From assembly GCA_965285935.1 (NCBI GenBank), contig OZ260667.1, positions 23,188,001 to 23,252,000 of the forward strand: a stretch of DNA of 64,000 nt, read 5' to 3'. Position 1 is the stretch's first letter; each line of letters starts with the position of its first letter. This DNA is from Ophelia neglecta (taxonomy: Eukaryota). Position numbers and translations under genes: made by a program. This document shows positions 1 through 13,180 of the stretch, one piece after another. Below the pieces are notes generated by a model. It saw only the letters and a list, made by a program, of their open reading frames with translations, ran no database searches and had not been told where the DNA came from.

Positions 1-1356
1 AGCGAATGCCATTTCTGACTAAAACGCAAATCAAAACCCGCACGAACAATTTACCGTTACAGTATAAATTAATGTACTCACATACACCCGTAAATTTAAA
101 AGAATATCATTGAATAACGGGGATTTTCTTTCCGTTCAGTTACGTGCCTGCACGTAATAGCAAGGAATCCGGGTCCGCAGGTAAGCCTGTAAGTTATGAC
201 TTCTTTTTCCAAACATCCTGGTTCAACAGGGTCCTTTAGACCGATATTGTATTCTTCGCTTGTACGTAATTAGCTGTAATAAATACCCAGTCGTCTGAGC
301 GTGTGTCACTTTAAAACCAGTCTGACATTAAATTTACTATGCTGTTCAATTTTCAGTGATAGTTCGTATATTCACTTAATTAAAACGTTGAGATTCACGG
401 CAAAATTGGGTGAATAGTCCGCTTCTTACAGCAAACTGATTAAGAACTTAAAAGGTAAGCAACATTCTGATATAATGTTAGGCCATATATCATAATACTG
501 TACTAATATTGATAATGATATACTATTTATTTTTGTATGGACAAGAATAGTACAAAGTCAAGGAAACATAATACGTTGCCTATACATTAATGGAGAAATA
601 CACGCGTGTTTATATTGACACTACGGAAAAAAATGTTAACGTTGACTATCTTCACAAGGAGGTAATTAACGGAAGCCATACCTCTTTCCGGGGCCTCTGG
701 GGGGCATTTTGCTGAGCTGACCCCGGGCATGGTCGGAATGACTAGGCCCTATAGGCTATAGTCAAGTTACATGCGGAGATGGATCTCTGTGACTCTTATG
801 GTGTTTACATGGTGAATGTGGGCCTCGAGATCACCGGGATATAAACATCAGCTGTCTAGACGGCTTGTAAAGCTTGTATGCTCTAACTTGACTAGGGTGG
901 CAATGGCTAAATCCACGAATATATATAATATAACGATAATATTAGTCAAATAATGCATGTTATCGATCCCCTTAGGAATTCATATTCATGTACTTACACA
1001 TGGTTTGGATCTGAATACTAAAAATGGAAAACATCTCTTTAATTCGAGTGATTAATAAACACTGTCAAGATTAGAGGTGTGCCTATCATATAGTAATGAA
1101 TATTAAATCGCTGTCAACTAGGCCCCATTGAACTTGAAAAGTCGTGATTCTAATCACACCCTAGGGCTTATGTGTTTCAAACATTCAGGGTACCTTCTTG
1201 CAATTTTAGCTAAATTTTGTGAATTAAATTTAGAAACAGAGTCGGCCGATATTTTATGCTGTTTAAATGTCAAAAGGTTTTCGGAAATGTGTCGCATCAA
1301 TATAAAATGTTCATATCAAATTCACATTATATTCTGTTCAATTTCAGCCACTGAAA

Positions 1357-2151
1357 ATGGACGAACAACCGCCTCCATATTCAGGTTCAGTATATATTTT
1401 TTATATTATGCCTTGTAACGAATACAATCTTTTTAATTAAACGGCATTGAATTGTGTTTCATTTGGTAATAGAAGAAAAACATTACTATATATCTACATT
1501 TTGGCCAGTGAAATGATGAGTACTTCACTGAAAAATATTGTACTGGTATCATAGGTAATTTTTTTTGTTATGTCAAGCTTAATAGAGCTATATATTATTC
1601 CCTGTTTCTTTCCAGAAGCTCCATCGACACAGCAGCCACAAGAGCTGTGTCCTGACCACCTGGCAGCAGCCACCAGACAACAGCCTTTGCCACCATATCC
1701 GGGGCAGCAACCTTTGCACCCTTACCCGGGACAGGTACAACAACCTTATCCGGGACAACAACCTCGGCAGCCGTATCCGGGACAGGCACAACAGCCGTAT
1801 CCAGGAAAACCAACCATTGGCAAGTCATACCCGGGACAATTTCATCAATCGAATATCGAAGTGTCCACGGCCCCAAGCGGCTCTTTAGCGAATAGCTACC
1901 TTGGATTCGCCATCTGCACCTGTATATTCTGCTGTTGGCCCATAGGTATTGCTGGTATCATATTCGCCGTGCGCACCAACGACGAGAACGGACGAGGAAA
2001 CTATGCCGCTGCTCGGAGAAACTCCGAACATGCCCTCTGGTGTTCAATGGCTGCACTGATCTTCGGAACCACGTGGTTAATAATTGTCATTGTTATGGCA
2101 GTCACTGGAAACTTGCACATCTATAATTCATATACATCGACTTATAATTAA
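1357..2151 (+). CDS. CD225/dispanin (PRRT1/IFITM-like) gene, copy 1; join(1357..1384,1616..2151)
   Basis: Exon after tttcag gives MDEQPPPYS+G (ATG 1357, weak donor gttcag at 1385). A phase-1 join to ttccag|1616 continues in the 1570 ORF frame. QQPYPGQ repeats are followed by a CD225 domain: SYLGFAICTCIFCCWPIGIAGIIFA...RGNYAAARRNS..ALWCS plus a C-terminal TM. Likely 5'UTR exons end at 180 and 454 (gtaagc donors). Confidence 0.9.
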
Positions 2152-3668
2152 TGTTACCCCTTTAACAGTGACACGAAAACCAACTTTCTAAGACTGATGA
2201 CGCATGACTTTATAAAAGTAGATCTGTTTTACATGTGTTAGCACACTTTTCCATTATGAAAAATACTTTATATTTGTCAATCAAATAACATGTTATTTGT
2301 TCAAGGTAGATCGTTTCAAGTTACCTTAAGGAAATATTACCTCCTTTCCCTTTTTCGTCATGGTCCGTGCACAGAATTACCCCCATCCCCTGGATAAAAA
2401 ACCAAAGCATGCAACTGAACAACTGCGCATTTGTCAAAGCTCTTCTTTAAACATCCGTTTGTTTACATACGGGCTATTCACACATATCGGTTTTCGAGAA
2501 ATAAGGCAATGTGTCTTGTTTAAGCCAGATCTTCAAATTATACGACAAGGCAGCATGCAACTCATCGAATGCTTACCTCAGCACAACGTTATTATATAAA
2601 ACACGCACAAGAATTAATTATGTATTCCTAACGTTATTGACTGTGGCAGTTACTCTATCGGTGAGAAAACAAGCAGTTCGTGAAGGTTTTCCTTTTCACC
2701 CACATAAAGACTTTCTTTAAAAACCGTGTATCATAGTACTGTTACCTCAGATCCTCTCGTCCTAATTTTACACTGCTCTAAACAGAGCAAATAGGGACAA
2801 GTATTTAGAATTATAGTCCTCACCGATTTCCATTATATCATAGGCCTATATATAATAAATAATTTTGACGCACAACTTCTTTTTGTGTTACACAGGCTTT
2901 CATGGATGTAAATAGAAAGGAGGGTTCTTGTCTTCTTCAGGTTTTTTGCCAATTTATTAGTAAGCTTCCGCATAAAACGGTTGTACAACATTTGGCCAAT
3001 TTAATCGGATAGGTTTTAATTGAAAATTGTACGATGAATATGACGTAATTTCAGCTCATCGGTGTGCTTGCATATAAATTGTACGCAAAGGAAACGCAGA
3101 GTAAAATTGGTGTGAATTTTCTTTAGAGTATGTTAGATAGTATCTATTACAAACATCTTATGCTTCAATTGCTCCACGTTTACACTCAATAAGTTGAGAC
3201 CATGATATTTTATGCAACTGAATTTGATGCACAATTTATTGTGTTTTACAGATACTCTACAAAACGTAATCCTAAATCGAGCAAATCGAATCTACATTCT
3301 TATATTTTACACAGGATTTCAATATTTCCTATCGTGTAGGCATTTTATTGGTTGACAAGATATTGATCAATATAATATACTCTTTATTGGACACCAAAAG
3401 ATCCGGTTTTTTATCCTACTTTGCCAGTTTCAACAAAAAGTTGGTCTTTATATTACAAGTTTGAAAAGCATTATCATTATTATACCTCCTGTTCTAAGCC
3501 TAAACCGGCCTAACGGGTTCAACGTCTTTTGTAAGTCAAGGTATTTTATGATTCTATGTCCATGTTTAACCAATTTTAACGTGTGTCTTTGCAATAACTG
3601 AGTTAAATTCTTAAAACTACATTCAATTTGGCCTTTTTGCTTCAGTTGCTGTATAATTGTTCATTATT

Positions 3669-4997
3669 CTAACCATTATAAACTCCATAATAATAAGTGC
3701 GGGTGAACCTTCCCGTGGCTGCAAGCGCGATAACGGTTATGATCCAAATGCTACCGAAGACGAGACCAGCAACTGAACACCAGAGGGCTACTTTGGAGTT
3801 GCTTTTTGCACCTTCCAAGTTTCCTCGAGAATTTTCTTCGTTGGTGCGCACGGCGAAGATGATCGCAGCGATACCTATCGGCCAGCAGCAGCAAAGGCAG
3901 GTGAAAATGGCGAATCCCAGGTAGCTGGACACGTACTGACTTGTATTCGTTTGATTAACAACCACCACTGACGACTGTCCCGGTTGTCCTGGGTATGGTT
4001 GCTGGAATTGGCCCGGATATTGTGGTTGTGGTTGTGCCGGATACGGTTGAGCCGGATACGGTTGTGCCGGATACTGTTGCCCCGGAAACTGCTGCTGCTG
4101 CATTGCATATCCGGGCGGCGATTGTCCTGTGGTTAATTATAGTTCGAATAATCAGCACAAATTCAAATCTATTTAATTCGATTTAATTAATGACATATTA
4201 TTATATTAATATTGCTGTATAAGCTCATTATAATAAAGCAAGTAATTCCATATTAGAGGAATGTAAATTCATGGGAAATCTTATTGTCAAATCATTACAA
4301 TTGAAAAAAAAAACCTGTTAATTTCTGAAATACAGAATGCCTCGGTCTAAAGATCATTTTTAACAAAAAAAAGAAGAAATACAGCCTTATTAATAAGAAA
4401 AATAAATAAATGCATATATCCTCCTGGTATGGTTAGAGGTCATTTAAATAATGATTTGAAATCTGTCATTTCGACAGTAATAACAATTAACATAGCATAT
4501 TCTGAGGTTTCAATGTTTGTTAGAATATAACATTAATGTCGGGGTTAACATAATTATAAATAGTTAGGTATTTGAAGGCAGTTTAAACGGTTTTGAATGA
4601 AGTATAGTTATATAACCGTCTGTTTTCAAAATCTGTTATATTAGAATATTAAACTCTATTTGCGCAGGAGTGTAACAGCATTAAAAAGACAATCGTCCTC
4701 GCATTGAAGGTGGTTGATTAAGGCTGCGCAGTACAAAGAGATATAGGCCCCCTAGTGCAACGCATCAACTCTAAAGTCAGCAAATCTTTATCAATAAAAA
4801 CAGAATGGCTTGTTTATTTAAGCCACAAGGTTGTCCTACACCACTGATTATGGATATAATTATGTTACGTGTATACTATGGTCTTCAAATTAGTGGTCTG
4901 AATTGGTAAGTGGTCTGAATATAAATGTGGTCTTTAAGTCAGGTTTCACTGTAATAATGTTACCTGCATCGTAGGCTTGTTGTTGTTTCTCATCCAT
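3669..4997 (-). CDS. CD225/dispanin gene, copy 2; complement(join(3669..4126,4964..4997))
   Basis: First coding exon MDEKQQQAYDA+G|gtaaca, then acceptor ccacag|GACAATCG giving GQSPPGYAMQQ... Q/P/Y repeats precede the CD225 core FTCLCCCWPIGIAAIIFAVRTNEENSRGNLEGAKSNS. A 5'UTR exon ends at 6290 (aag|gtgagc). Confidence 0.92.
4866..4951. mobile_element. Right half of a pogo/Tigger-like MITE in the intron of dispanin copy 2
   Basis: Ends caggtttcactg+ta, the reverse complement of cagtgaaacctg. Aligns with the right part of the complete copy at 19457-19634. Confidence 0.65.
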
Positions 4998-6375
4998 TTC
5001 TGATCTGAAACAATAAGTAGATGCATGCTTAGTTAATTCTATGAATTCAAACGTTGTTCACAGATTTACTCCGGGCAGCCAATACTAGGCATATATAAGA
5101 TGTATGCATAACAAGTTATTTAACAATCAAACAAAGGAAAAAGTATGCTCCCCAAAATTGGGGGTATCTTCCAGTGTGAGTTGTCGGTTTACTTACGGAC
5201 TAATTCCTTGCGCAATTTTTACACGAATCACTGAATTTTAATACGTTAACATGTAAATATTTGTCGCTTCGTATGGCATATCAAAAGGAGTTGCAAATAT
5301 TTGCAATATAAAGGGTATTGGTGGATCATCATTTCTATTTTCTACCCTAGCGTTTGAAAGCTGAAGCAAACCAATTCTGACTTCAAAGTCAGTTGATTCA
5401 TACGCTCCATTTAATAGATCTACGTGAGCCATTCTGAAAGTTTAAATATATAGTTTGTCATTAATTTTTTCTTGTATTATCAATAAGCCAAACCATTTTT
5501 TTCCGGTTAAAATTATCACCAGGACGGTTTGATCAATGGCGAAGAATTGCATCTACGTATAATAGTTTAATGTTTATTGCAAATTTGTCATACTTATGCG
5601 TAGCCGGGCTTCTATACCATTCCGTGAATGATAACACGGCCTTATCAGATACCATTTGCCAATGTTAAGTCCCCCTTTAAGTCCCCTTTTTGAGTCCCCT
5701 GAGTAGAAGGTCCCCCAGACTACATTTACTAACCCGAACCCGGTAGATTCCGGCCTGCGGTATAGAAAATCTAGTACATTTGGGATCCGGTCTTGAAATC
5801 CTGGTTTATCACGTCCGCCGGTCCCAGAATCCTGGTATATTTCGTCCCGGAGGTCTTATTACCCTATGATTTTACTCGCGGGTACTAATCAGCGAGGAGG
5901 GGGGGGGGGGGGGACCAAATAATCTTACAACATATATACACCTGTTTTAAACAAGCCTGGCTTAGAAGCTTATGTCTATGAAACAGGCCCCTAGAATAAT
6001 AGTGAATTAAAAAAACAATTGAAAAACAATAATTTTGTATGTTTTTTTTATTGATCCCTAATATGGGAGTTCCGAATAACCAATATTCCAATGCATTATA
6101 GTAATTTACCAATAGCGTTTTCGAGGCAACCTTAAAGTTTCGGAATGTGACCTGTAAAACGCATTCGGATAAATAAATAACTATCTGGACTAATGAACAG
6201 TCATAGAAAAATGAACCTTAAAAATATAATGATTTCGTCCACGAAGATACTTTTGGGGAAAAAAACACTATTTAAAAACAGCTGCTCACCTTGGAGTTTC
6301 CGATCACTTGCTCTTTTGTTCTCTAAAAATTTCTGCCTTCGAATGTAAGACTAGCTTCAGCTATAGGTGTGGCAA

Positions 6376-6383
6376 TTTATATA
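6376..6383 (-). promoter_or_regulatory. TATA box of dispanin copy 2
   Basis: TATATAAA on the minus strand, about 90 nt upstream of the 5'UTR-exon donor at 6289/6290. Confidence 0.55.
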
Positions 6384-7490
6384 CCCGCGGTGAATAAGTA
6401 GAGAAGGCGCTGATACGTCATGTCCCTGTCACAATGCCTTAATTTAATGCGAATGCGGGAACACTTGTGAAATAGCTACTTATAAAAACGAGACGGCCTG
6501 TGACATACAGTTTAGTTTAGTACCTGGTTTATTTACCTAGCTTGTTTGTGAAGCTACTTCTACACCTAATAACGGTAACAATTTTTTTGGTCCGAATATG
6601 CGCATGGCTTACAAACAACTTTCGTGGGTGTATGTAATTGGCAAAGTTAATTATAAACACGGAATGGGCAATAAAAAATAACAGAATATGTTATATTGTA
6701 TAGAAGTTTTAAATTTTTTATTGGAAACTGTTGAAAAAGTGCTAACTTTATTAAAAGCATAAAATTTGTATGCTAAACCAGACATCCTGACATTCGAAAT
6801 GGAATTTACCTTAATTATTTCAGTTTCTCAGAAGAAGGAAAAATTGAGTACTCGCCTCAATTTTCCCCTTAACGGGGCTGAGCCTAATTATTTCCGCCAT
6901 AAACTTAAGTTGTATCCGAAAAACTAATTTAACAACTTCAGTGAAAACAAAGACAATTTATAGAAGATCAGTTTTTTCCCCCGTTCCAAATCGAAAAACC
7001 AAATGCTCCCCATGGGGATGGGGGGGGGGGCTGGTTCTCTTCGGCCGGAAGCTACCGGGACCACAATCTACGAGCAGGAATTCCTGTTATCTAACGCGGA
7101 GAGACATCACTAGGAACTACGCAATCAGGCTGGTTATTAAAGGTATGTTTTCTCAAAATAGAAATAATGAAATTTTTACCCGATAATATCTAAGTTGTAA
7201 AGAGACGCGATTGCATATTATAGTCAGCTTAGAACTTGGAAAGAACGTCAGGCTTTTGTTATTGCACACAGGAATGATATATCACTTATGTTAGATCACT
7301 TTACTCCATTACTCATCACCTGCTCCTCATTCCTATCAGATATGTAATTGAATTGAAAAAAGGTCATTTACTTTTATTATTATAGAAGCAATGACAAAAT
7401 AGTACACCCAACTGGCCCCAGGATAAACTATGCTATCAAACTATGATCTATTTCATATTAGTTAAACTGAATAGTAGTATTTAGGTATTA

Positions 7491-8776
7491 GGACGTTCCG
7501 TCCCCAAACCAGTCCGGCCCCTAGTCGATCCGGCCCCATAACCTTAGTCGATCCGGCCCCACTCCCTTAGTCGACCCGGCGTTTTACATATTAATTGCAT
7601 TTAGCAGCATTAACGCCTAAGAAAGATGTGCTCGCTGCCATGTTTGACACTTGTCATGTCCTACCTGCTCATCAACCTAGGCAAGTGCAATCTATTGATG
7701 GTCCCAAAACGACCCAAAGTGATAATTAATCTTTAGAATAGTATTGGTATTATCAAGAAAGTGAAGTACAAACTTGATCTCAAAACTATGCTACATTTTG
7801 TTATACATTTATTTATCCATAAGTCACATACTGTAATATTGTCGTATGAATTTTTGTATCTCAACACCATATGCTCAGTGCATGTAGCTCTATTTTTCTA
7901 TTATTTGGGATTATTATATCAATTAGGCTTTCACTGTCGGCCTGAGTATTATATTGTCAGTATAATATTACTTTTTTCCCTGATGGGGCATTGTTCTTCT
8001 TATTCTCATCTATTCTTGTTTGTGTATATCTTATGGAGTTCTTGTGATATTGTGATACAATCAATTTAATTTGATTCAAAAATTATGATATAGTTACAGA
8101 AACAAGGAACAAAACTTTCATATTTTCTATCTTGTAAGTGTCACCTTTAGGGGTTATATATGCCGAGGCTGCGTTTTGGCGTCTCTGACGCAATGATTTC
8201 TCAAGTGACGCATTAACCCATTCATACTTGCGCCAGTTTGGCCCTTTGTTTATTTTCTGACGCATCCGATTTAAGGCATTGCGTCTTGTTGAAAGATCTG
8301 CACAAATTTTACGGCACAATACACTGTAAACATCGTGTTACGTTAGTTCGAGTGTAGCAACGCATGCATGAGCTCTCGAACGCAGCCGTATATATGTTTC
8401 ACTCTTTGCAATATCGGAAGCCGTGTAAACGCCTACTTCGGGATTCGCCGGTCAGGATCGGATGCGCCCGTAACCTCGTGGTCGTGAATCTACCCTTTTA
8501 TCGCCCAAAACGTTGTAGTAACGCAATGACTAATCTTGCTTCATTATTTTTTAATTTGATGAAAGTACATGATCCAAATGTCCCATTGTTCTCCAAAATG
8601 TCCCATTGTTCTTACCCCAATGGGGACAATTGTCCCATTGGTTTTTCACCCAGGAAAATCCCTGAATAAACATTTGAATAACATATATAGATTCGACTAA
8701 GGGAGCGGGGACGAATCAACCAAGGTAGTGGGGACGAACCGACTAGGGGCCGAAAAGGTTTGGGGATGGAACATAT
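7491..8776. mobile_element. Non-autonomous DNA transposon with about 85-bp imperfect, internally repetitive terminal inverted repeats
   Basis: Left end ggacgttccgtccccaaacc..ggcccctagtcgatccggcccc..cccttagtcga matches the reverse complement of 8693-8776 (tcgactaaggg..ggggacgaaccgactaggggccgaaaaggtttggggatggaac). No transposase ORF inside and no clear TSD. Confidence 0.7.
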
Positions 8777-9355
8777 AGAAAGCAGTATTTATATGCCAGA
8801 TTATAAGCGGCATGAATTGGAGCGGAGAGATCTGCGTGCTTGATCGGAGCAGTGCTAGGTCAGAAAGAACGCTCGTAGTTTGCCAGCTTATACTCACAAA
8901 TTAAATCCTAGTGCTGCCCACTTTCACTTATAATTAAATAGGTTATAATACACTACTATTATAATAATCCATTCAGTTACCTCTCATAAAAGCGCTTATA
9001 AGTATTCAACATATAACCTGTCATATGTAGTCCTTTTGTTGGATGTTTTATTAGTCCTTACCAAAAATGTGCTTATTTGGTCTGTTTGGTGTGCCTCATA
9101 GACACTAACACCGGAGTTGTTACATGCACCTTTCAGTCTGTACACACATTACTAGAATCCCCCATTAGAAATTTATACCCCATTTTCACCAAGCTGGCTG
9201 ATAAGAGATTGCCTGGAATCACTAACTGTGTAAACACACTGGTGGTGCTAATCCTTTAAGTAAACAAGCTGCCATATTGGGACTGCAGGGACTACTTTTC
9301 TGAGGTTAAGAAATACTTTGACAAGCCATGGTAATTGACAACTGGCTAGTTTTAC

Positions 9356-9541
9356 TTTGACAAGCCATGGTAGTGGAGCACGTAGTTCATGCTGTGACAC
9401 TACGATGGCACATCCAGGATATCCCTGAAAACCAACCAAAAAACCCTCTTCCTCTGTCACATCTTTTATTCTTGCGTTTGACCACCTCCCCAACTCATCC
9501 ACGGCCTGCACCCGACTTCCAACGATGAATACTCCTGCCAT
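9356..9541 (-). CDS. Orphan exon encoding a Tudor/chromo-barrel (royal family)-like domain
   Basis: aaaATGG start; FIVGSRVQAVDELGRWSNARIKDVTEEEGFLVGFQGY...ELR fits the F-x-VG-x-x-V-x-A-x-D...W..A.I...V.F.G pattern of Tudor/MBT-like barrels. Phase-0 donor AAA|gtaaaa at 9355. No downstream exons were identified. Confidence 0.5.
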
Positions 9542-10101
9542 TTTTAGGTCTACTCGCCACGTCCAGCCATTGAATAATTGTGAATGATTGCGTCCGAATG
9601 TTTTTGTATCTACCGGAAGAAGGTTAACCGCATGTGTGGTGCGTCGCCGTTAGAAAATAGTTCCAGCCTCAAAGTTATCCCATTCTACCCGTGAATGATT
9701 CAAAGCGCCATTTATCGCAACCAATAAATAGTTAGGATGATTCTTTATCCTTGGGTAGACAAAAAGTGCATTATTTTGCCTACAGTTAAATATTATCATT
9801 TACCCAGTAAAAATATTGACATGTATTCATGCGCCCGAGTGTAGGCAGTGCTGGCAGTGTTGTTGTCAGTCCTATTTCAGGCAATTCTTGGTCGATTTTC
9901 GTGATTTAAAGTTGCACAGTTTTTATTTTTAAAAATAATAATAAAATAAAGCAGAAATTGAGGCCAAGATAATCGTTCGCAACGATCTGATCAATGCAGG
10001 TGATAAGCAGGGTGTTACTGATTGTAATAACAATGAAAATGGGGTATACTCTCCGAGTGAAGGCTAGGCCAACTCGGATAGTTTCTAATGGGGGATTGCT
10101 G

Positions 10102-10275
10102 TCATGATTCTAGGAGCTCGCCATCATTCCTTTGAAGGGCAAACTCCTTCAGCTGCTGCATCCAGTAGAGTGCAGTCTTGAAATCAGGGATCTCTGACTT
10201 GACTGGGGATGGTGTGAGAAGGGTGTCTGATGTAGATTCCTCAGACTCACATTCAATGGGGGTGCTGTCTTCCAT
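10102..10275 (-). mobile_element. Possible C-terminal fragment of a pogo/Tigger transposase
   Basis: 57-aa ORF MEDSTPIECESEES...EIPDFKTALYWMQQLKEFALQRNDGELLES. The acidic stretch plus amphipathic helix resembles TIGD/Tigger C-termini; the match is by eye only. Confidence 0.3.
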
Positions 10276-13099
10276 GGGAAGGTGCTACAGCTTTTAAACC
10301 TTCTTGTATCTGATGGTGTCACAACTCTTTGTCCAACAGAGGATTTGTGCCCATCCCCTCCTCCCCTCCGAAAGTACAAAATGTCCACCCCCTAGTTGTA
10401 GGTTGGTAGAATACAGTACCACAGTGAGGTGGGTGTGAGCCCTAAGCAGGCTTCTTACATACAAACTGTAGTGGTAACTGCCTTGTGTACAAACACACTC
10501 TGCTGCAAAATTAAAACTCACATATACAATGCTCCATTGTATATAAGGGCTTATACATATCTTTCGGCATTAAATTAAAAACACGCAAAGTCATTTTTAT
10601 GCAAAAACACTAATTGAAGCAAGGTGAACATTTTTACCATTTCAGTATATTATAGCATTCATACATGTTGAAATTTTTTAGGGTAGGAACACTGCTGGTG
10701 TTCTTACATACATACATACATACATAACCATGCGTATGCATCTAAATGTTTATTTGGCTAAATGAGCAAATACATTTTGCCAACCTCTTTTGTCCCCCAA
10801 ACCAGATTATTTTTTTATCACCGTCTCTATATATATTAATATATGTTCCTATTATCCATTAAAATTCGAGGGGGACTTGCAGTTCTTAATGCCTGGTTTT
10901 ACACCCAACTAGCCATAAAAGCTTTTTTAAAAGGTATTTTTAATTAAAAGAAAATCTTTGCATTTGAAGATGTAAAATATCTCATTAAGTGACTGCTATC
11001 AATGATGACATGACATCATCTAAACTAGTTGTTCCACTGCGGATGTTGGTGTATGCCTCTTTGAATGTCTACACTTTCCAAGGGATGTTGGTTCTACCTG
11101 CTTCATAAGACCCAGTTACAATTAAGATGAAAAATGAAAGATGTGCAACTGCACATGTAAAAACATCCTTCATCTCTTGCCCTTATTTATAAGTTTAACT
11201 GTTTTGAGCGATAGCACCTTTTTTGTGGGGTGGGGGGGGGGGGAGGGAGATGTGAAAAGTTATTATGCTTTGACAGGAGAAGACTATCCGACATACATTT
11301 ACTATCCCTTTCAATGTGTTGGGGGATTGCGTTTCTACAACATGAAAACATTCATTTATTTGGTCATTTGTAGGTGTAGAAGTGTAAATCTAGACAGATG
11401 CATTGTTCAGCCATGTCATCTGACTAATCCACCACCATTTGTAGTAAAAACTTTACTTCACCTCTAATATATTGTACCCAGTTCAATCAGGTCTAGCCAG
11501 AAGTGTAGGTGTGTCCCCATAGATCCTTAATTTCTTGAACTCCATGGATATCTACTAGAAAATCTAGTAGATCTAAAACATGGAAGCCATTTCAAAAATG
11601 TGAAGGTTTATAGAACCTTCTTTTATCTATTTATTGAATCAATAACTCTTTATCTTTTACTTAAACGTTTTAGTCAGAAAAACATCTTACCCCTCCACCT
11701 AGAAGATTTTTATCAACTAGAGTTCAATAACTGCCTACTTCTTACTATTATTCCCATGTAAATAAAGTCAGACAGTACAATAAATAATATATGAACTATA
11801 CCCAACTTAAGCCCCATAAATCCTAATCCAGATCTAGCTAATTAGATAAAAAAAGACAGTAGATGCTGTTGCAGCCATCATTAATTTTGGTTCAATGTGA
11901 ATAGAGGATTACACTCAGTCAGTAGATGTTGTCAGTAACTTGAAACTTTTCACAAGAGTCATCAGATGGGGAACGGAATAATGTGGATTATTAAATATTT
12001 TAAAACTTAGTGCATGCTTTTGTGTGCGTCAGATATTGATCCAGTAAATAAGTTTCTTTTTTGGGGGTCTGTCCCATGCTTTTTTCTTTAATTTAATCAA
12101 AGAAATAAACCTGTGAACTGTTCACAAACGACCGCAACCATCATTTGTCTCTTTGCCTAGATTTAATTGCTCGAAAGATTGAGAAATAGACAAAATCAAG
12201 CCAAACATCCACCTTCATTAAGAATTTTTTTTATTGTTAAGAAAGCTATGACCTTTTAATCATCCTCTGTTCACTAAATAGAATGGTGTTCATTGGGAGG
12301 AGTCTAATATTTTGTACCATTCCACAACCTGTTGACTCTGTGTTCTGTAAGGAAAAAGCAAATTTGTCATATCTTTTAATGCATCATTTGTTTATTGTGC
12401 CTTTGGGAGGAAATACACCAGACAGTGATAAATGTATCTGCAAATTTATTCCTTTCTACTGTATAGCAATATTCTTTAATATTTGTTGATGAAAGTAGAA
12501 TAGAGCACTTACATTGGCTTATATCTGAATTCATATCAATTGAAACTGATTATTTGCCAATTAAGCTATACCATTTTTATTAATTTAAAGTTTTACCCTT
12601 TAAGTTTAATAATGTTTATTGGGCACAGTAAAAATAACCTACTCCTGTAATTGCTAGCACTCCACTGTAACACACCTATCTTTTACGAATTTACCACATA
12701 TTATCATCTGGGATGGGTGGGAGGCATCCTCCGGAGAATGTTAAAGCATGTTTTCTCTAAAACCTGTCATAGAAGGACACTGACCCCCCATATTTATGTC
12801 CTCCACTAGTTCCAATTGATGCTCTCTCTTATCTTTTACATCTCGCTTCCTTACTGGCTTCTATTCTCATCTTTAACTATGAATTTAGTTAAAAAAATTG
12901 TCCAAATTTTGTATGCTTTTCTTGTCATAACAGGCAATTTTAAGAGATTTGAGCAAACCAAATCTTTTTCGTGGAGGGGGGGTTGGCAAAATATCTGAAA
13001 CCATTTTAGGCAATTTTAAATGTTAAATTTGTAGGTACTTTAATATAGTCTTTGACAGGGTGTGTGTGTGTGGGAGGGCGTGTTGGGAATATATATATA

Positions 13100-13180
13100 C
13101 AGTGAAACCTGTGAATTACCACCAGCTTAGGGACTAAAAACACAGGTCTGATTTTGGAGGTGTTCTGTTTAGACAGGTTA
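13100..13180. mobile_element. Left end of a pogo/Tigger-like MITE
   Basis: ta+cagtgaaacctgtga...ggtctgatt..gaggtg, the same terminus and internal motifs as the element at 19457. Confidence 0.55.

Larger units (their letters stand above)
2720..6620. repeat. Segmental duplication unit A (gene 2 plus flanks), paralogous to about 17145-22130
   Basis: Colinear similarity is visible in the 3' flank (cacactgctcta...cgatttccattat; tgcaactgaatt.gatgca), the 3'UTR, the introns and the 5'UTR exon/promoter (gcattcgga.aaat...ctgctcaccttgga...gtgtggca). Boundaries are approximate. Confidence 0.75.

Noticed and set aside
660-930. GC-richer intronic block, possibly a SINE or LINE 3' part
   Set aside because: No A/B box, TSD or second copy in the window.
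3697-3924. Antisense ORFs conserved over dispanin copies (also 18619-18828 and 27498-27707)
   Set aside because: They are shadows of the near-identical sense coding sequence, with no independent evidence.
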